The notes below the pieces were generated by a model. It was not told the DNA's origin and searched no databases. It saw only the letters and a program-made list of their open reading frames with translations. Shown here in pieces: positions 37,981-48,194 of a stretch of 64,000 bases of DNA. The position numbers and the translations under genes were made by a program. This stretch comes from Escherichia phage HY01: sequence record NC_027349.1. One strand, written 5' to 3'. The first letter of the stretch is position 1; each line of letters starts with the position of its first letter.

Positions 37981-39546
37981 ATGACTATCAAAACTAAAGC
38001 TGAACTTTTGAACAAATGGAAGCCATTACTGGAAGGTGAAGGTTTACCGGAAATTGCTAATAGCAAACAAGCGATTATCGCTAAAATCTTTGAAAACCAG
38101 GAAAAAGATTTCCAGACAGCTCCGGAATATAAAGACGAAAAAATTGCTCAGGCATTTGGTTCTTTCTTAACAGAAGCTGAAATCGGTGGTGACCACGGTT
38201 ACAATGCTACTAACATCGCTGCAGGTCAGACTTCTGGCGCAGTAACTCAGATTGGCCCGGCTGTTATGGGTATGGTACGTCGTGCTATTCCTAACCTGAT
38301 TGCTTTCGATATTTGCGGTGTTCAACCGATGAGCAGCCCAACCGGTCAGGTATTCGCACTCCGCGCGGTATATGGTAAAGATCCGATCGCTTCCGATGCT
38401 AAAGAAGCATTCCACCCAATGTATGGTCCAGACGCAATGTTCTCTGGTCAGGGTGCTGCTAAGAAATTCCCAGCTCTGGCTGCTAGCACACAAACCGTTG
38501 TAGGTGATATCTATACTCACTTCTTCCAGGAAACTGGTACTGTGTATCTGCAAGCTTCCGCTGTAGTAACAATCGATGCTAGTGCTACCGATGCAGCTAA
38601 ATTAGATGCTGAAATTAAGAAACAAATGGAAGCTGGTGTACTGGTAGAAATCGCTGAAGGTATGGCTACTTCTATCGCTGAACTTCAGGAAGGCTTCAAT
38701 GGTTCTACCGACAACCCGTGGAACGAAATGGGCTTCCGTATCGATAAACAAGTTATTGAAGCTAAATCTCGTCAGCTGAAAGCTGCTTACTCTATTGAAT
38801 TAGCACAAGACCTCCGCGCTGTTCACGGTATGGATGCTGATGCTGAACTGTCTGGTATTCTGGCTACCGAAATCATGCTGGAAATCAACCGCGAAGTTGT
38901 TGATTGGATTAACTACTCAGCTCAGGTTGGTAAATCTGGTATGACCCTGACTCCGGGTTCTAAAGCTGGTGTATTTGACTTCCAGGATCCGATTGATATT
39001 CGTGGTGCTCGCTGGGCAGGTGAATCCTTTAAAGCTCTGTTGTTCCAGATTGACAAAGAAGCAGTTGAAATTGCTCGTCAGACCGGTCGCGGCGAAGGTA
39101 ACTTCATTATCGCTTCCCGTAACGTAGTTAACGTTCTGGCTTCAGTTGATACTGGCATTTCTTATGCTGCACAGGGTCTGGCTACCGGCTTTAACACTGA
39201 TACTACCAAGTCAGTATTTGCTGGTGTTCTGGGTGGTAAATACCGTGTATATATCGACCAGTATGCTAAACAGGATTATTTCACTGTAGGTTATAAAGGT
39301 CCGAACGAAATGGATGCTGGTATTTACTACGCTCCATATGTAGCTCTGACTCCGCTGCGTGGTTCCGATCCGAAGAACTTCCAACCAGTAATGGGATTCA
39401 AAACTCGTTACGGTATCGGTATCAACCCATTTGCAGAATCCGCTGCTCAGGCTCCGGCTTCTCGCATCCAGAGCGGTATGCCTTCTATTCTGAATAGCCT
39501 TGGTAAAAACGCTTACTTCCGCCGTGTATATGTTAAAGGTATCTAA
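37981..39546 (+). CDS. 23: gp23 major capsid protein (521 aa)
   Basis: sequence recalled as near-identical to T4 gp23 (MTIKTKAELLNKWKPLLEGEGLPEIANSKQAIIAKIFENQ...). Confidence 0.97.
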   Translation: MTIKTKAELLNKWKPLLEGEGLPEIANSKQAIIAKIFENQEKDFQTAPEYKDEKIAQAFGSFLTEAEIGGDHGYNATNIAAGQTSGAVTQIGPAVMGMVRRAIPNLIAFDICGVQPMSSPTGQVFALRAVYGKDPIASDAKEAFHPMYGPDAMFSGQGAAKKFPALAASTQTVVGDIYTHFFQETGTVYLQASAVVTIDASATDAAKLDAEIKKQMEAGVLVEIAEGMATSIAELQEGFNGSTDNPWNEMGFRIDKQVIEAKSRQLKAAYSIELAQDLRAVHGMDADAELSGILATEIMLEINREVVDWINYSAQVGKSGMTLTPGSKAGVFDFQDPIDIRGARWAGESFKALLFQIDKEAVEIARQTGRGEGNFIIASRNVVNVLASVDTGISYAAQGLATGFNTDTTKSVFAGVLGGKYRVYIDQYAKQDYFTVGYKGPNEMDAGIYYAPYVALTPLRGSDPKNFQPVMGFKTRYGIGINPFAESAAQAPASRIQSGMPSILNSLGKNAYFRRVYVKGI

Positions 39547-39560
39547 TCTTTGACGATTTA

Positions 39561-39578
39561 AGGGACCTTCGGGTCCCT
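39561..39578 (+). terminator. hairpin AGGGACC-TTCG-GGTCCCT after gene 23
   Basis: perfect 7-bp stem, UUCG tetraloop, T-rich tail. Confidence 0.6.
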
Positions 39579-39594
39579 TTAGTTGTTTTTATGG

Positions 39595-39602
39595 TATAAA
39601 TA
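39595..39602 (+). promoter_or_regulatory. late promoter TATAAATA for gene 24
   Basis: exact match upstream of the ATG at 39630. Confidence 0.6.
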
Positions 39603-39629
39603 AATCATATAAACCAAAAGGAAAGCGCA

Positions 39630-40913
39630 ATGGCTAAAATCAACGAACTTCTGCGCGAATCAACCACAACGAATAGCAACTCAATCGGTCGCCCAAATCT
39701 CGTTGCTTTGACTCGCGCTACCACTAAATTAATATATTCTGACATTGTAGCAACACAAAGAACTAATCAACCTGTTGCTGCTTTTTATGGTATCAAATAC
39801 CTTAACCCAGATAACGAATTTACGTTTAAAACTGGTGCTACTTACGCTGGCGAAGCTGGATATGTAGACCGAGAACAAATCACAGAATTAACAGAAGAGT
39901 CTAAATTAACTCTCAATAAAGGCGATTTATTCAAATATAATAATATCGTTTATAAAGTATTAGAAGATACACCATTTGCTACCATTGAAGAAAGCGATTT
40001 AGAATTAGCTCTTCAGATTGCAATTGTTCTTTTAAAGGTTCGTCTATTTTCTGACGCAGCGTCAACGAGCAAATTTGAAAGCTCTGATAGCGAAATTGCT
40101 GATGCTAGATTCCAGATTAATAAATGGCAAACCGCAGTTAAATCTCGTAAACTTAAAACTGGCATTACGGTTGAATTAGCACAAGATTTAGAAGCAAATG
40201 GATTCGATGCTCCTAATTTCTTGGAAGATTTGCTTGCAACTGAAATGGCAGATGAAATCAATAAAGATATTCTGCAGTCTTTGATTACAGTATCAAAACG
40301 TTATAAAGTTACAGGAATTACTGATACTGGATTCATTGATTTGAGTTATGCATCTGCACCTGAAGCTGGTCGTTCATTATACCGAATGGTGTGTGAAATG
40401 GTTTCGCATATCCAAAAAGAATCAACTTATACAGCAACGTTCTGTGTTGCTTCAGCTCGTGCTGCTGCGATTCTTGCTGCATCAGGTTGGTTAAAACATA
40501 AACCAGAAGATGACAAATATCTTTCACAAAATGCCTACGGGTTCTTAGCTAATGGTTTACCGCTTTATTGCGATACTAACAGCCCATTAGATTATGTAAT
40601 CGTTGGTGTAGTAGAAAATATCGGTGAAAAAGAAATTGTTGGATCAATTTTCTATGCTCCGTATACAGAAGGTCTTGACTTAGATGACCCTGAACATGTA
40701 GGTGCATTTAAAGTTGTAGTTGATCCAGAAAGTTTGCAGCCATCTATCGGTTTATTGGTTAGATATGCTTTATCTGCAAATCCTTACACTGTAGCAAAAG
40801 ATGAAAAAGAAGCAAGAATAATTGATGGTGGAGACATGGATAAAATGGCGGGTCGTTCAGATTTGTCTGTTTTATTAGGTGTTAAACTGCCAAAAATTAT
40901 CGTTGATGAATAA
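39630..40913 (+). CDS. 24: gp24 head vertex protein (427 aa)
   Basis: length and synteny. Confidence 0.95.
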   Translation: MAKINELLRESTTTNSNSIGRPNLVALTRATTKLIYSDIVATQRTNQPVAAFYGIKYLNPDNEFTFKTGATYAGEAGYVDREQITELTEESKLTLNKGDLFKYNNIVYKVLEDTPFATIEESDLELALQIAIVLLKVRLFSDAASTSKFESSDSEIADARFQINKWQTAVKSRKLKTGITVELAQDLEANGFDAPNFLEDLLATEMADEINKDILQSLITVSKRYKVTGITDTGFIDLSYASAPEAGRSLYRMVCEMVSHIQKESTYTATFCVASARAAAILAASGWLKHKPEDDKYLSQNAYGFLANGLPLYCDTNSPLDYVIVGVVENIGEKEIVGSIFYAPYTEGLDLDDPEHVGAFKVVVDPESLQPSIGLLVRYALSANPYTVAKDEKEARIIDGGDMDKMAGRSDLSVLLGVKLPKIIVDE

Positions 40914-40918
40914 AACAA

Positions 40919-40936
40919 AGGGACCGAAAGGTCCCT
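40919..40936. terminator. bidirectional hairpin AGGGACC-GAAA-GGTCCCT between convergent genes 24 and rnlB
   Basis: perfect stem with T-runs on both strands. Confidence 0.6.
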
Positions 40937-40942
40937 TTTTAT

Positions 40943-41947
40943 TTAACTTACCAATTCAATCCAAGCCGGACGAAGTACATCTTGTACCATTTTAACTAAT
41001 TCCTTCTTAATCAAAGAAGGATTATCCGCTTGAGTTAGAGTAATACCTTCACGAGAAGTTTCTTCCAAAATATCTTGAACAGTTAGTCCCATCACCTTTC
41101 CAAAATCTTTTGGACCAATTTCGCCAATTTTAGAAATAACGTTATTTACTCGGTTCAGTGTAACGTAGCAAGCTAAAATTCCCAGCAATTTATTATCAGC
41201 TTCTGACAACTCAACTTTAGCTTTAATAGGTTTATCAGACTTTTTCTTTTCACTAAATTTAGAGTTCTTGCATTTGATGGCTACGCGATTGCCATTAGGC
41301 ATCCAAGAAGGATAACAAGGTTTTAATACATATCCTTCAGCGGTAAATACTTCGCCTTTTGCTTCGGCATTCCAAACGCATTTATTTGCATCAACTAATC
41401 CAGCATGGTCTACTGTAAAATTATAATCTTGGACAACAGAATCTAAATCGTTTGGCAATTTAATAAGCTCTTCAAATTTACCGCGACCTAAAAGTGGAGC
41501 CATTTTAAATTTAAATGTATTACAGAATGATTCCATCATATAATCATCGACATAAGTCACATCACCGCTTTCGGTAGTAACAATAATGTCAAATACATAA
41601 AAATCTTTATCGCCATAATCGACATTCTTCTGAATGCCAGGTCCAGCAAATTCACCGAAGACTTGATAAGATACAACTGCTGAAGTTTCCATAATATCTT
41701 GTACTGCTTTAATGGAATCAGCGTAATTCTTTAGAATAATTTCATACCCAAAGAAATCTTCAGCAGGAAGAATAGGACCAGTACGTTTAGCACAAGTTGC
41801 TTTATCGCGTTCAATAATCAGTGAGAAATTTGTGCCATGAATCTTTTCACGAGCTACCCATTCGCCACCAGTCAATCCTAAACTGTAGAGTTTTTCAATG
41901 AATTTAGAATTGTAATGATTTTCAAGACTGCTATACTTTTTAAACAT
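40943..41947 (-). CDS. rnlB: RNA ligase 2 (334 aa)
   Basis: nucleotidyltransferase motif I KIHGTN; sequence recalled as T4 Rnl2. Confidence 0.95.
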   Translation of the reverse strand: MFKKYSSLENHYNSKFIEKLYSLGLTGGEWVAREKIHGTNFSLIIERDKATCAKRTGPILPAEDFFGYEIILKNYADSIKAVQDIMETSAVVSYQVFGEFAGPGIQKNVDYGDKDFYVFDIIVTTESGDVTYVDDYMMESFCNTFKFKMAPLLGRGKFEELIKLPNDLDSVVQDYNFTVDHAGLVDANKCVWNAEAKGEVFTAEGYVLKPCYPSWMPNGNRVAIKCKNSKFSEKKKSDKPIKAKVELSEADNKLLGILACYVTLNRVNNVISKIGEIGPKDFGKVMGLTVQDILEETSREGITLTQADNPSLIKKELVKMVQDVLRPAWIELVS

Positions 41948-41956
41948 AATTAATCC

Positions 41957-42235
41957 TCAAAATGTAATTTCTAACCAATCACCATCACGCTGATCACTAT
42001 TGACTTTAAAGCTAAATCCTTCTTTTCTCAGCCAATCACCAATTTCTTCAGTAATCAATTTATCGCGAGCAGTACAATAATAACTAAAATATGTTTTACC
42101 TTGTTCAGCTGCTTTATTAGCAAGTTCCGAAAAATCTTTAATAAAACACTCTAGTTTAAACTGTTTACTTTTAAGTGCTTTTTCGCGTAATTGATTAGCG
42201 AAAGATTCATTTTCATAAAGATCATACTGTTCCAT
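41957..42235 (-). CDS. hypothetical protein 24.2-like (92 aa)
   Basis: ORF in the T4 24.2 position. Confidence 0.65.
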   Translation of the reverse strand: MEQYDLYENESFANQLREKALKSKQFKLECFIKDFSELANKAAEQGKTYFSYYCTARDKLITEEIGDWLRKEGFSFKVNSDQRDGDWLEITF

Positions 42236-42437
42236 TTTTCACCTTTTTATTAATATGTCTTTTTCTATAGACAACTTTTTCTCGAGTCTCAAATTTATTC
42301 TTAGCAGTCATAGCTCGAGCCCATAATACAGCCACTTCTTTCGCCTGCAAGTTCAATTCACGAGCAATTTCAATGAATGACTTTCCAGACTCATGAAGAG
42401 TAAACACCACAACCTCAGTTCTCATAATCAATCTCAT
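42222..42437 (-). CDS. hypothetical protein 24.3-like (71 aa), possible HTH
   Basis: ORF in the T4 24.3 position; SFIEIARELNLQAKEV helix-turn-helix-like segment. Confidence 0.6.
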   Translation of the reverse strand: MRLIMRTEVVVFTLHESGKSFIEIARELNLQAKEVAVLWARAMTAKNKFETREKVVYRKRHINKKVKNGTV

Positions 42438-42505
42438 GTTATCGAGTTGATGCCATTATATACAACGTTTTCTGATTGTGTTTTGCGTGCTTTCAAAATG
42501 AAGAA

Positions 42506-42521
42506 AGGGGCCGAAGCCCCT
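42506..42521 (-). terminator. hairpin AGGGGC-CGAA-GCCCCT after hoc
   Basis: perfect stem, T-rich run downstream on the minus strand. Confidence 0.55.
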
Positions 42522-42525
42522 GATA

Positions 42526-43656
42526 TTATGGATAGGTATAGATGATACCAGTTTCTAAAGCAGTTTTATGAATGATGTATCCATTACGCGATTCTTGAAC
42601 ATCAACTTCTGGATAGTCTTTCATCATCTTCTGAAGAGTGTAACGATGCAAGTAGTACTTACTATCTGGGTCGTCAGTTTTCCAGTCTTTACCTTCTTCA
42701 GTCATTTTTTGGATTTCATCCATAACCCACCAACCGCACCAGATATAAGCTGAAGTACGATGTGGAAGAGGATGAACATAAGGTAATTCACCTTCTGGTT
42801 CCGGAGCAACTTTATCAGTTACCTGAACTTGACCTTCTGCTGTGATAGTTTTGCTATCATAATCAGTAGCGGTAACAGTTGCAGTAACTTCAATAGTTTG
42901 ACTTCCAACAGATGAGGTATCGACAGTATATACGTTAGTTGACCCTTCTACAGGAGAAGAATCTTTCTTCCACGAGTAAGTAATTTGTGCTGCCTCAGGT
43001 GCGCCAGTAACATTAGCAGTAAATGTAGCCGAAGCATCTTGCTGAACATTAATAGAAGGAGGAGTCAATGTAACCTGTGGATTCATTGTCTTCTTATTAA
43101 CAGTCAGTGATACTTCATTAGAAGTAACGCTCAGTGCATCATAATCTGCCGCGGTTACTTGAGCTACACACTTAATTTTTTTAACTCCGCTTGTAGTAGG
43201 AGTGTAATTGAATGTAGCACTAGTTGCTTCGCTCACAGGAGAACCATCTACATGCCACTGATACGTAGCAGATGCGCCTGATGGTTGAGAAGCTAAGGCA
43301 GCAGTAAATTGAACTGGGGTTCCAATTACTCCAGCAGCAGGACTAGCAGGAGTTACAGCTAAGGTAGTTGTCTGTGTCTTGTTTTGAACTGTGATAGTTG
43401 TAGTAGCTTCTGCTGTTTCAGCATCAGTATCTGGAACTGTGTTTGTTGCAACTACTTTAATAGTCTTTTGACCAGCAGGTCCTTTTAGTACATAACTAAA
43501 AGTTGCTTCAGTTCCATCTTGCGGAACATCGTCTACAGTCCAAGCATAGGTAATAGTTCCACCTCCAGTTTCACCACTGGGTGTAGCAGTAAACTGCTGA
43601 GTCTGATCTATAACTCCAGTAGGGGTTTTAGGAGTTATATCAACTGTAAAAGCCAT
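42526..43656 (-). CDS. hoc: Hoc outer capsid decoration protein (376 aa; three tandem Ig-like modules)
   Basis: three internal repeats (TYAWTVDDVP..., TYQWHVDGSP..., TYSWKKDSSP...); length as T4 Hoc. Confidence 0.95.
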   Translation of the reverse strand: MAFTVDITPKTPTGVIDQTQQFTATPSGETGGGTITYAWTVDDVPQDGTEATFSYVLKGPAGQKTIKVVATNTVPDTDAETAEATTTITVQNKTQTTTLAVTPASPAAGVIGTPVQFTAALASQPSGASATYQWHVDGSPVSEATSATFNYTPTTSGVKKIKCVAQVTAADYDALSVTSNEVSLTVNKKTMNPQVTLTPPSINVQQDASATFTANVTGAPEAAQITYSWKKDSSPVEGSTNVYTVDTSSVGSQTIEVTATVTATDYDSKTITAEGQVQVTDKVAPEPEGELPYVHPLPHRTSAYIWCGWWVMDEIQKMTEEGKDWKTDDPDSKYYLHRYTLQKMMKDYPEVDVQESRNGYIIHKTALETGIIYTYP

Positions 43657-43665
43657 AAGTTATCC

Positions 43666-44346
43666 TTATTTTAATGTTACGAAAGAAGAGTTGCGTGTTT
43701 CACGAATTAGAACTGATCCGTCACGGTTAATGTAGTAAATTAAGCTAAATAAAGTTTGGTGTGCCGACGCGTGTTCAAAACTAGTTGGGTGAGATTTCCA
43801 ATCCGGAGTTTCAGCAATCCACTGGTAAATCCACCAAGGAACAGTGCAGAATCCTGGATTTTTTCCAATCAGCTGAAGATTCGGACTAAAGTTTTCCGGA
43901 AGAGTAAATACAGACGGCTTTTCAGATTCAATAATCTCAGCTACGGCCTGCTCGAATTTTTCTTCAACAAAAGGAGTATCTTCAATCAAAACATCGGTAT
44001 TTTCAGGAATTTTATCCTTTTCTACTACTTCAATTTTAATGTCAGATTTAACCGGAGAATCAATCAGAAGTGCTGCTTCTGGATTGACTTCTTCATCGTC
44101 ATATTTTAATCCTTCTGCAGCATCAGCAGCATTAATTAAGTCTTTAATAGATAACCCATCAGTCTCTGGCATAGGTTCACTAGCGAGCTTCTGGAGGGCT
44201 TCTTCAATATCAACAACGATATTATCAAAAGATTTATTCTTTTTGACCTTTATACCAAACTGTTCAGCATATTCAGCTAATTTAGCTTTAGCTTCTTTAT
44301 TATCATCAAGAGCCTTCAGCTCTGCAATATAATCTTTATCTATCAT
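43666..44346 (-). CDS. inh: Inh inhibitor of prohead protease (226 aa)
   Basis: length and position after hoc. Confidence 0.8.
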   Translation of the reverse strand: MIDKDYIAELKALDDNKEAKAKLAEYAEQFGIKVKKNKSFDNIVVDIEEALQKLASEPMPETDGLSIKDLINAADAAEGLKYDDEEVNPEAALLIDSPVKSDIKIEVVEKDKIPENTDVLIEDTPFVEEKFEQAVAEIIESEKPSVFTLPENFSPNLQLIGKNPGFCTVPWWIYQWIAETPDWKSHPTSFEHASAHQTLFSLIYYINRDGSVLIRETRNSSFVTLK

Positions 44347-44359
44347 AATATTTCCTCAG

Positions 44360-44367
44360 TATAAATA
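44360..44367 (+). promoter_or_regulatory. late promoter TATAAATA for uvsW
   Basis: exact match upstream of the ATG at 44397. Confidence 0.55.
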
Positions 44368-44396
44368 TAGATATATTTATTACATGGTATTTAGAC

Positions 44397-45908
44397 ATGA
44401 CTGACATTAAAGTACATTTTTATGATTTTAGTCACGTGAGAATTGATTGTGAAGAAAGTACATTTCATGAACTCCGTGATTTCTTTAGCTTTGAAGCTGA
44501 TGGGTATCGTTTTAATCCGAAGTACAAATATGGTCATTGGGATGGGCGAATCCGTCTTTTAGATTATAATCGACTTCTTCCATTCGGCTTAGTCGGGCAA
44601 ATTAAAAAGTTCTGTGATAACTTTGGCTATAAAGCCTGGATTGACCCGCAGATTAACGAAAAAGAAGAATTATCAAGAAAAGATTTTGATGAATGGCTTT
44701 CTAAATTAGAAATCTATTCAGGAAATAAAAGAATTGAACCGCACTGGTATCAAAAAGATGCAGTGTTCGAAGGATTAGTTAATCGTCGTAGAATTCTTAA
44801 TCTTCCAACATCCGCAGGTAAATCTTTAATTCAAGCTTTGCTTGCACGTTATTATTTGGAAAATTATGAAGGTAAAATTCTTATCATTGTTCCAACAACT
44901 GCTCTGACAACTCAGATGGCTGATGACTTTGTTGACTATCGTTTATTCAGTCATGCAATGATAAAGAAAATCGGTGGTGGAGCATCAAAAGATGATAAAT
45001 ATAAAAATGATGCACCAGTAATTGTTGGTACATGGCAAACTGTAGTAAAACAACCAAAAGAATGGTTCTCGCAGTTTGGAATGATGATGAACGATGAATG
45101 CCATCTTGCCACAGGAAAAAGTATTTCATCTATCATATCAGGTTTAAATAACTGCATGTTCAAATTTGGTCTATCGGGTTCATTACGTGATGGCAAAGCT
45201 AATATCATGCAGTATGTTGGAATGTTTGGTGAAATATTTAAGCCAGTAACGACTTCTAAATTAATGGAAGATGGACAAGTAACTGAGTTAAAAATTAATA
45301 GTATTTTTCTTCGCTATCCTGATGAGTTCACTACTAAATTAAAGGGAAAAACTTACCAAGAAGAAATAAAAATTATTACTGGGCTCAGTAAAAGAAATAA
45401 ATGGATCGCTAAATTAGCTATTAAGCTTGCGCAAAAAGATGAAAACGCTTTTGTCATGTTTAAACATGTATCACATGGTAAAGCTATTTTCGATTTAATT
45501 AAAAATGAATACGATAAAGTTTATTACGTATCAGGGGAAGTTGATACCGAAACCCGCAATGTAATGAAAACCTTAGCTGAAAATGGTAAAGGAATAATTA
45601 TAGTAGCTAGTTATGGTGTATTTTCTACTGGTATTTCAGTTAAAAATCTGCATCATGTTGTTTTAGCGCACGGTGTTAAATCTAAAATTATTGTATTGCA
45701 AACAATAGGTCGCGTATTACGTAAGCATGGTTCTAAAACAATCGCAACAGTCTGGGACCTCATAGATGATTGCGGTGTTAAGCCAAAATCTGCTAATACG
45801 AAAAAGAAATACGTTCATTTGAACTATCTTTTAAAACACGGCATTGATCGTATTCAGCGCTACGCAGATGAAAAATTTAATTACGTAATGAAAACAGTTA
45901 ATTTATAA
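44397..45908 (+). CDS. uvsW: UvsW DNA/RNA helicase (503 aa)
   Basis: Walker A PTSAGKS and DExH box NDECH; sequence recalled as T4 UvsW. Confidence 0.95.
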   Translation: MTDIKVHFYDFSHVRIDCEESTFHELRDFFSFEADGYRFNPKYKYGHWDGRIRLLDYNRLLPFGLVGQIKKFCDNFGYKAWIDPQINEKEELSRKDFDEWLSKLEIYSGNKRIEPHWYQKDAVFEGLVNRRRILNLPTSAGKSLIQALLARYYLENYEGKILIIVPTTALTTQMADDFVDYRLFSHAMIKKIGGGASKDDKYKNDAPVIVGTWQTVVKQPKEWFSQFGMMMNDECHLATGKSISSIISGLNNCMFKFGLSGSLRDGKANIMQYVGMFGEIFKPVTTSKLMEDGQVTELKINSIFLRYPDEFTTKLKGKTYQEEIKIITGLSKRNKWIAKLAIKLAQKDENAFVMFKHVSHGKAIFDLIKNEYDKVYYVSGEVDTETRNVMKTLAENGKGIIIVASYGVFSTGISVKNLHHVVLAHGVKSKIIVLQTIGRVLRKHGSKTIATVWDLIDDCGVKPKSANTKKKYVHLNYLLKHGIDRIQRYADEKFNYVMKTVNL

Positions 45909-45921
45909 GGGCTTCGGCCCT
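45908..45921 (+). terminator. hairpin AGGGC-TTCG-GCCCT after uvsW
   Basis: stem with UUCG loop followed by TTT. Confidence 0.45.
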
Positions 45922-45933
45922 TTGGAGAAAAAG

Positions 45934-46164
45934 ATGTTACTAGAATTTAAACAATTTCTTTATGAAGCTTCTATTGATGAATTTATGGGTAAAATTGCAT
46001 CATGCCAAACATTAGAAGGTCTAGAAGAACTTGAAGCTTATTATAAGAAAAGAGTTAAAGAAACTGAATTAAAAGATACTGATGACATCTCTGTGAGAGA
46101 TGCTTTGGCAGGAAAAAGAGCTGAATTAGAAGATTCAGACGATGAAGTAGAAGAAAGCTTTTAA
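45934..46164 (+). CDS. UvsW.1-like small acidic protein (76 aa from ATG at 45934)
   Basis: GGAG RBS; track start 45922 is TTG. Confidence 0.65.
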   Translation: MLLEFKQFLYEASIDEFMGKIASCQTLEGLEELEAYYKKRVKETELKDTDDISVRDALAGKRAELEDSDDEVEESF

Positions 46165-46219
46165 ATTAAAAAAGGCCCAACCAAAAAGGAAGGGCCAAAA
46201 CTATAGACTAAAGGTCACA

Positions 46220-46387
46220 CTATAGCAAAAGTTGTGTTTCATTTAATTGTTCTTCCGAACTTTCTGAAACTGGTAGTTCTTTAATGTAATTATAACAAGG
46301 CCCAGGATGTACAGGACCTTTGTCTGTTTCAACAACCAATGCAGAATCGATTGGAGTTTTACAGACAACACAAATCTTATCTGACAT
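46220..46387 (-). CDS. small Cys-containing protein (55 aa; uvsY.-2 position), not in the supplied ORF track
   Basis: ATG preceded by strong GAGGAG RBS; translation MSDKICVVCKTPIDSALVVETDKGPVHPGPCYNYIKELPVSESSEEQLNETQLLL; CxxC plus a third Cys. Confidence 0.6.
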   Translation of the reverse strand: MSDKICVVCKTPIDSALVVETDKGPVHPGPCYNYIKELPVSESSEEQLNETQLLL

Positions 46388-46415
46388 GATTGTCTCCTCT
46401 AAATTATATATCTAT

Positions 46416-46640
46416 TTATATAACTCTCATATGCATATCAATGCCCATATCTTTAGAATAAAAATATTCATCAAGATATCCGGCAAATTTTCCTTTAATA
46501 TAAAGGACATCTTCACCGCATGGATGGTCGGCCAGGATACGAATATCCTGACGCTTGAGATTATACTTTTTCATTAAGAATTGAATTTCCGTTTCGAATT
46601 CTTCTTCATAATTAAAAGCATCATCAATGCTATATTTCAT
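46416..46640 (-). CDS. hypothetical protein (74 aa; uvsY.-1 position)
   Basis: ORF overlapping the uvsY stop. Confidence 0.6.
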   Translation of the reverse strand: MKYSIDDAFNYEEEFETEIQFLMKKYNLKRQDIRILADHPCGEDVLYIKGKFAGYLDEYFYSKDMGIDMHMRVI

Positions 46641-47053
46641 TATTTTCCAGCCTCAAATGCTCGCATGTCTTGAATATGCTTAATAGCAAATCCACGTGAT
46701 TTTATAGCATCAAGAGCTCCGCTACAGAAATCCAATAAAATTCCCCAATATTGTAATGAAGTATCAACTTTTAAAACATCCTTATCAGCTGATAGAACTG
46801 TCTTCATTTCTGATTTCTCATAACGATCCATACTAAATTCATCACCATCTCCTCGTCCCGAGTAGTAGTCTAATTTAGCTTTAAGAGCAACTTTTTTCTG
46901 TGCGTCAATTCTAAGCATTTCCTTTTTAATACTTGAATGCTTATTAAGCCATTTACTATATAACATCACATTATTAGCTGCTTCATACTGTAATTTAGTC
47001 GAATCTATAAACACATCTTTCTTCAATTCTTCTTGAAGATCTTCTAATTTCAT
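46640..47053 (-). CDS. uvsY: UvsY recombination mediator (137 aa)
   Basis: length and synteny; classic middle promoter upstream. Confidence 0.9.
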   Translation of the reverse strand: MKLEDLQEELKKDVFIDSTKLQYEAANNVMLYSKWLNKHSSIKKEMLRIDAQKKVALKAKLDYYSGRGDGDEFSMDRYEKSEMKTVLSADKDVLKVDTSLQYWGILLDFCSGALDAIKSRGFAIKHIQDMRAFEAGK

Positions 47054-47093
47054 ATTGTTCTCTATTCAATTGTTATTGGATGGACTTAGATTC

Positions 47094-47119
47094 ATTATAC
47101 CACGTTTATACGTGAAGCA
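47094..47119 (-). promoter_or_regulatory. middle promoter for uvsY (MotA box TGCTTCA, 13-nt spacer, -10 TATAAT)
   Basis: minus strand AATGCTTCACGTATAAACGTGGTATAATG directly upstream of uvsY. Confidence 0.65.
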
Positions 47120-47518
47120 TTATACTCTATTACTGGAAGCCAGCTGTAGTTTTATCTGCTCAATATCATCAGGGTTATCGATGACCGAAAAGCGTATTTC
47201 TACTATCAGAGTATAATCATCATAAACTGGTATTACATTAACTGCTAATTTATCAATACGTGGCTCGTAGTTTCTTACTGCGCTTTCAATGTTACGCTCA
47301 ACAGTATCAGCAGTAAGAGGAGTCATATTCTCAAAAAGCTGATCAGATAAATCGCATCCAAATTCTGGGTCAAATGGCCTTGACCCTTTTCTGGTTGTAA
47401 TAATTCCTAAAAGACTATTTTTAATTGACCTTAATCCAAGAGACCTGGAAACGTCTTTGTCCCAATCCATTTTCATTTCTGGGTCAATGTCAGAATAAAG
47501 CTTATTAATATTTGCCAT
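47120..47518 (-). CDS. 25: gp25 baseplate wedge protein (132 aa)
   Basis: length and synteny. Confidence 0.9.
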   Translation of the reverse strand: MANINKLYSDIDPEMKMDWDKDVSRSLGLRSIKNSLLGIITTRKGSRPFDPEFGCDLSDQLFENMTPLTADTVERNIESAVRNYEPRIDKLAVNVIPVYDDYTLIVEIRFSVIDNPDDIEQIKLQLASSNRV

Positions 47519-48144
47519 TACAATAGCTCAAAGAATTCTTTGAGTCCTCTTATTACATGAGCGTGAGTTTTTCCACACTCTGGACACTTAATTGGAACAG
47601 CCAAATAAACAGTAGGCTTTAAAAGCATATCTTTTATAGCTACAATATCTGACTCTGTGATGATAGAATATAAATCTTCCAGTTCTTTTTCATTTAAGTC
47701 TTCAACTGGAATGCTTTCACCGTTAGCATGAATCGTTTCTATACATGATACTATCATGTGGGCTATATTTTTATCATCAAAAATTTTAGGGTAATGGAAC
47801 TTAATTTTAATGTCACCCAGTGTATACCAGAGGTCTTCTGGTGCATCTATTTGTGTATGTAATAGATTTATATGAGTTGGTATTTCAGTTCCACAGGTGC
47901 ACTTCCAGGAGTTTTCGTGATTAACTTCTCCAAGAGAATGTGCCCATAAATGAATCAGCAGTAGTTCTGATTCTTGGCGGTTTAAATCTTTTGCATTTGT
48001 GCAGTCTTTAATTAGCTTTTTAACGATCTCTTCTACTGAACCGTTCTTTTTAGCAGTAATAAGTTCTAGATATTCTTTAAGAGTAAATGCGCGACAGTTG
48101 ATTATTTTAGAACCAACTCTCACATCAAATTTGTATTCATACAT
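47518..48144 (-). CDS. 26: gp26 baseplate hub protein (208 aa)
   Basis: length and synteny. Confidence 0.9.
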   Translation of the reverse strand: MYEYKFDVRVGSKIINCRAFTLKEYLELITAKKNGSVEEIVKKLIKDCTNAKDLNRQESELLLIHLWAHSLGEVNHENSWKCTCGTEIPTHINLLHTQIDAPEDLWYTLGDIKIKFHYPKIFDDKNIAHMIVSCIETIHANGESIPVEDLNEKELEDLYSIITESDIVAIKDMLLKPTVYLAVPIKCPECGKTHAHVIRGLKEFFELL

Positions 48145-48165
48145 ATTTAGCTCCTTTATTTATCA

Positions 48166-48177
48166 TATTTATAAATA
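48166..48177. promoter_or_regulatory. overlapping divergent late promoters (TATTTATAAATA) for gene 26 (minus) and gene 51 (plus)
   Basis: TATAAATA readable on both strands between divergent genes. Confidence 0.6.
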
Positions 48178-48194
48178 GAATAAAAGGAGCATCT

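Noticed and set aside
46320-46577. Plus-strand 85-aa ORF
   Set aside because: Antisense to the uvsY.-1 and uvsY.-2 position genes, which have proper RBS signals; likely spurious.
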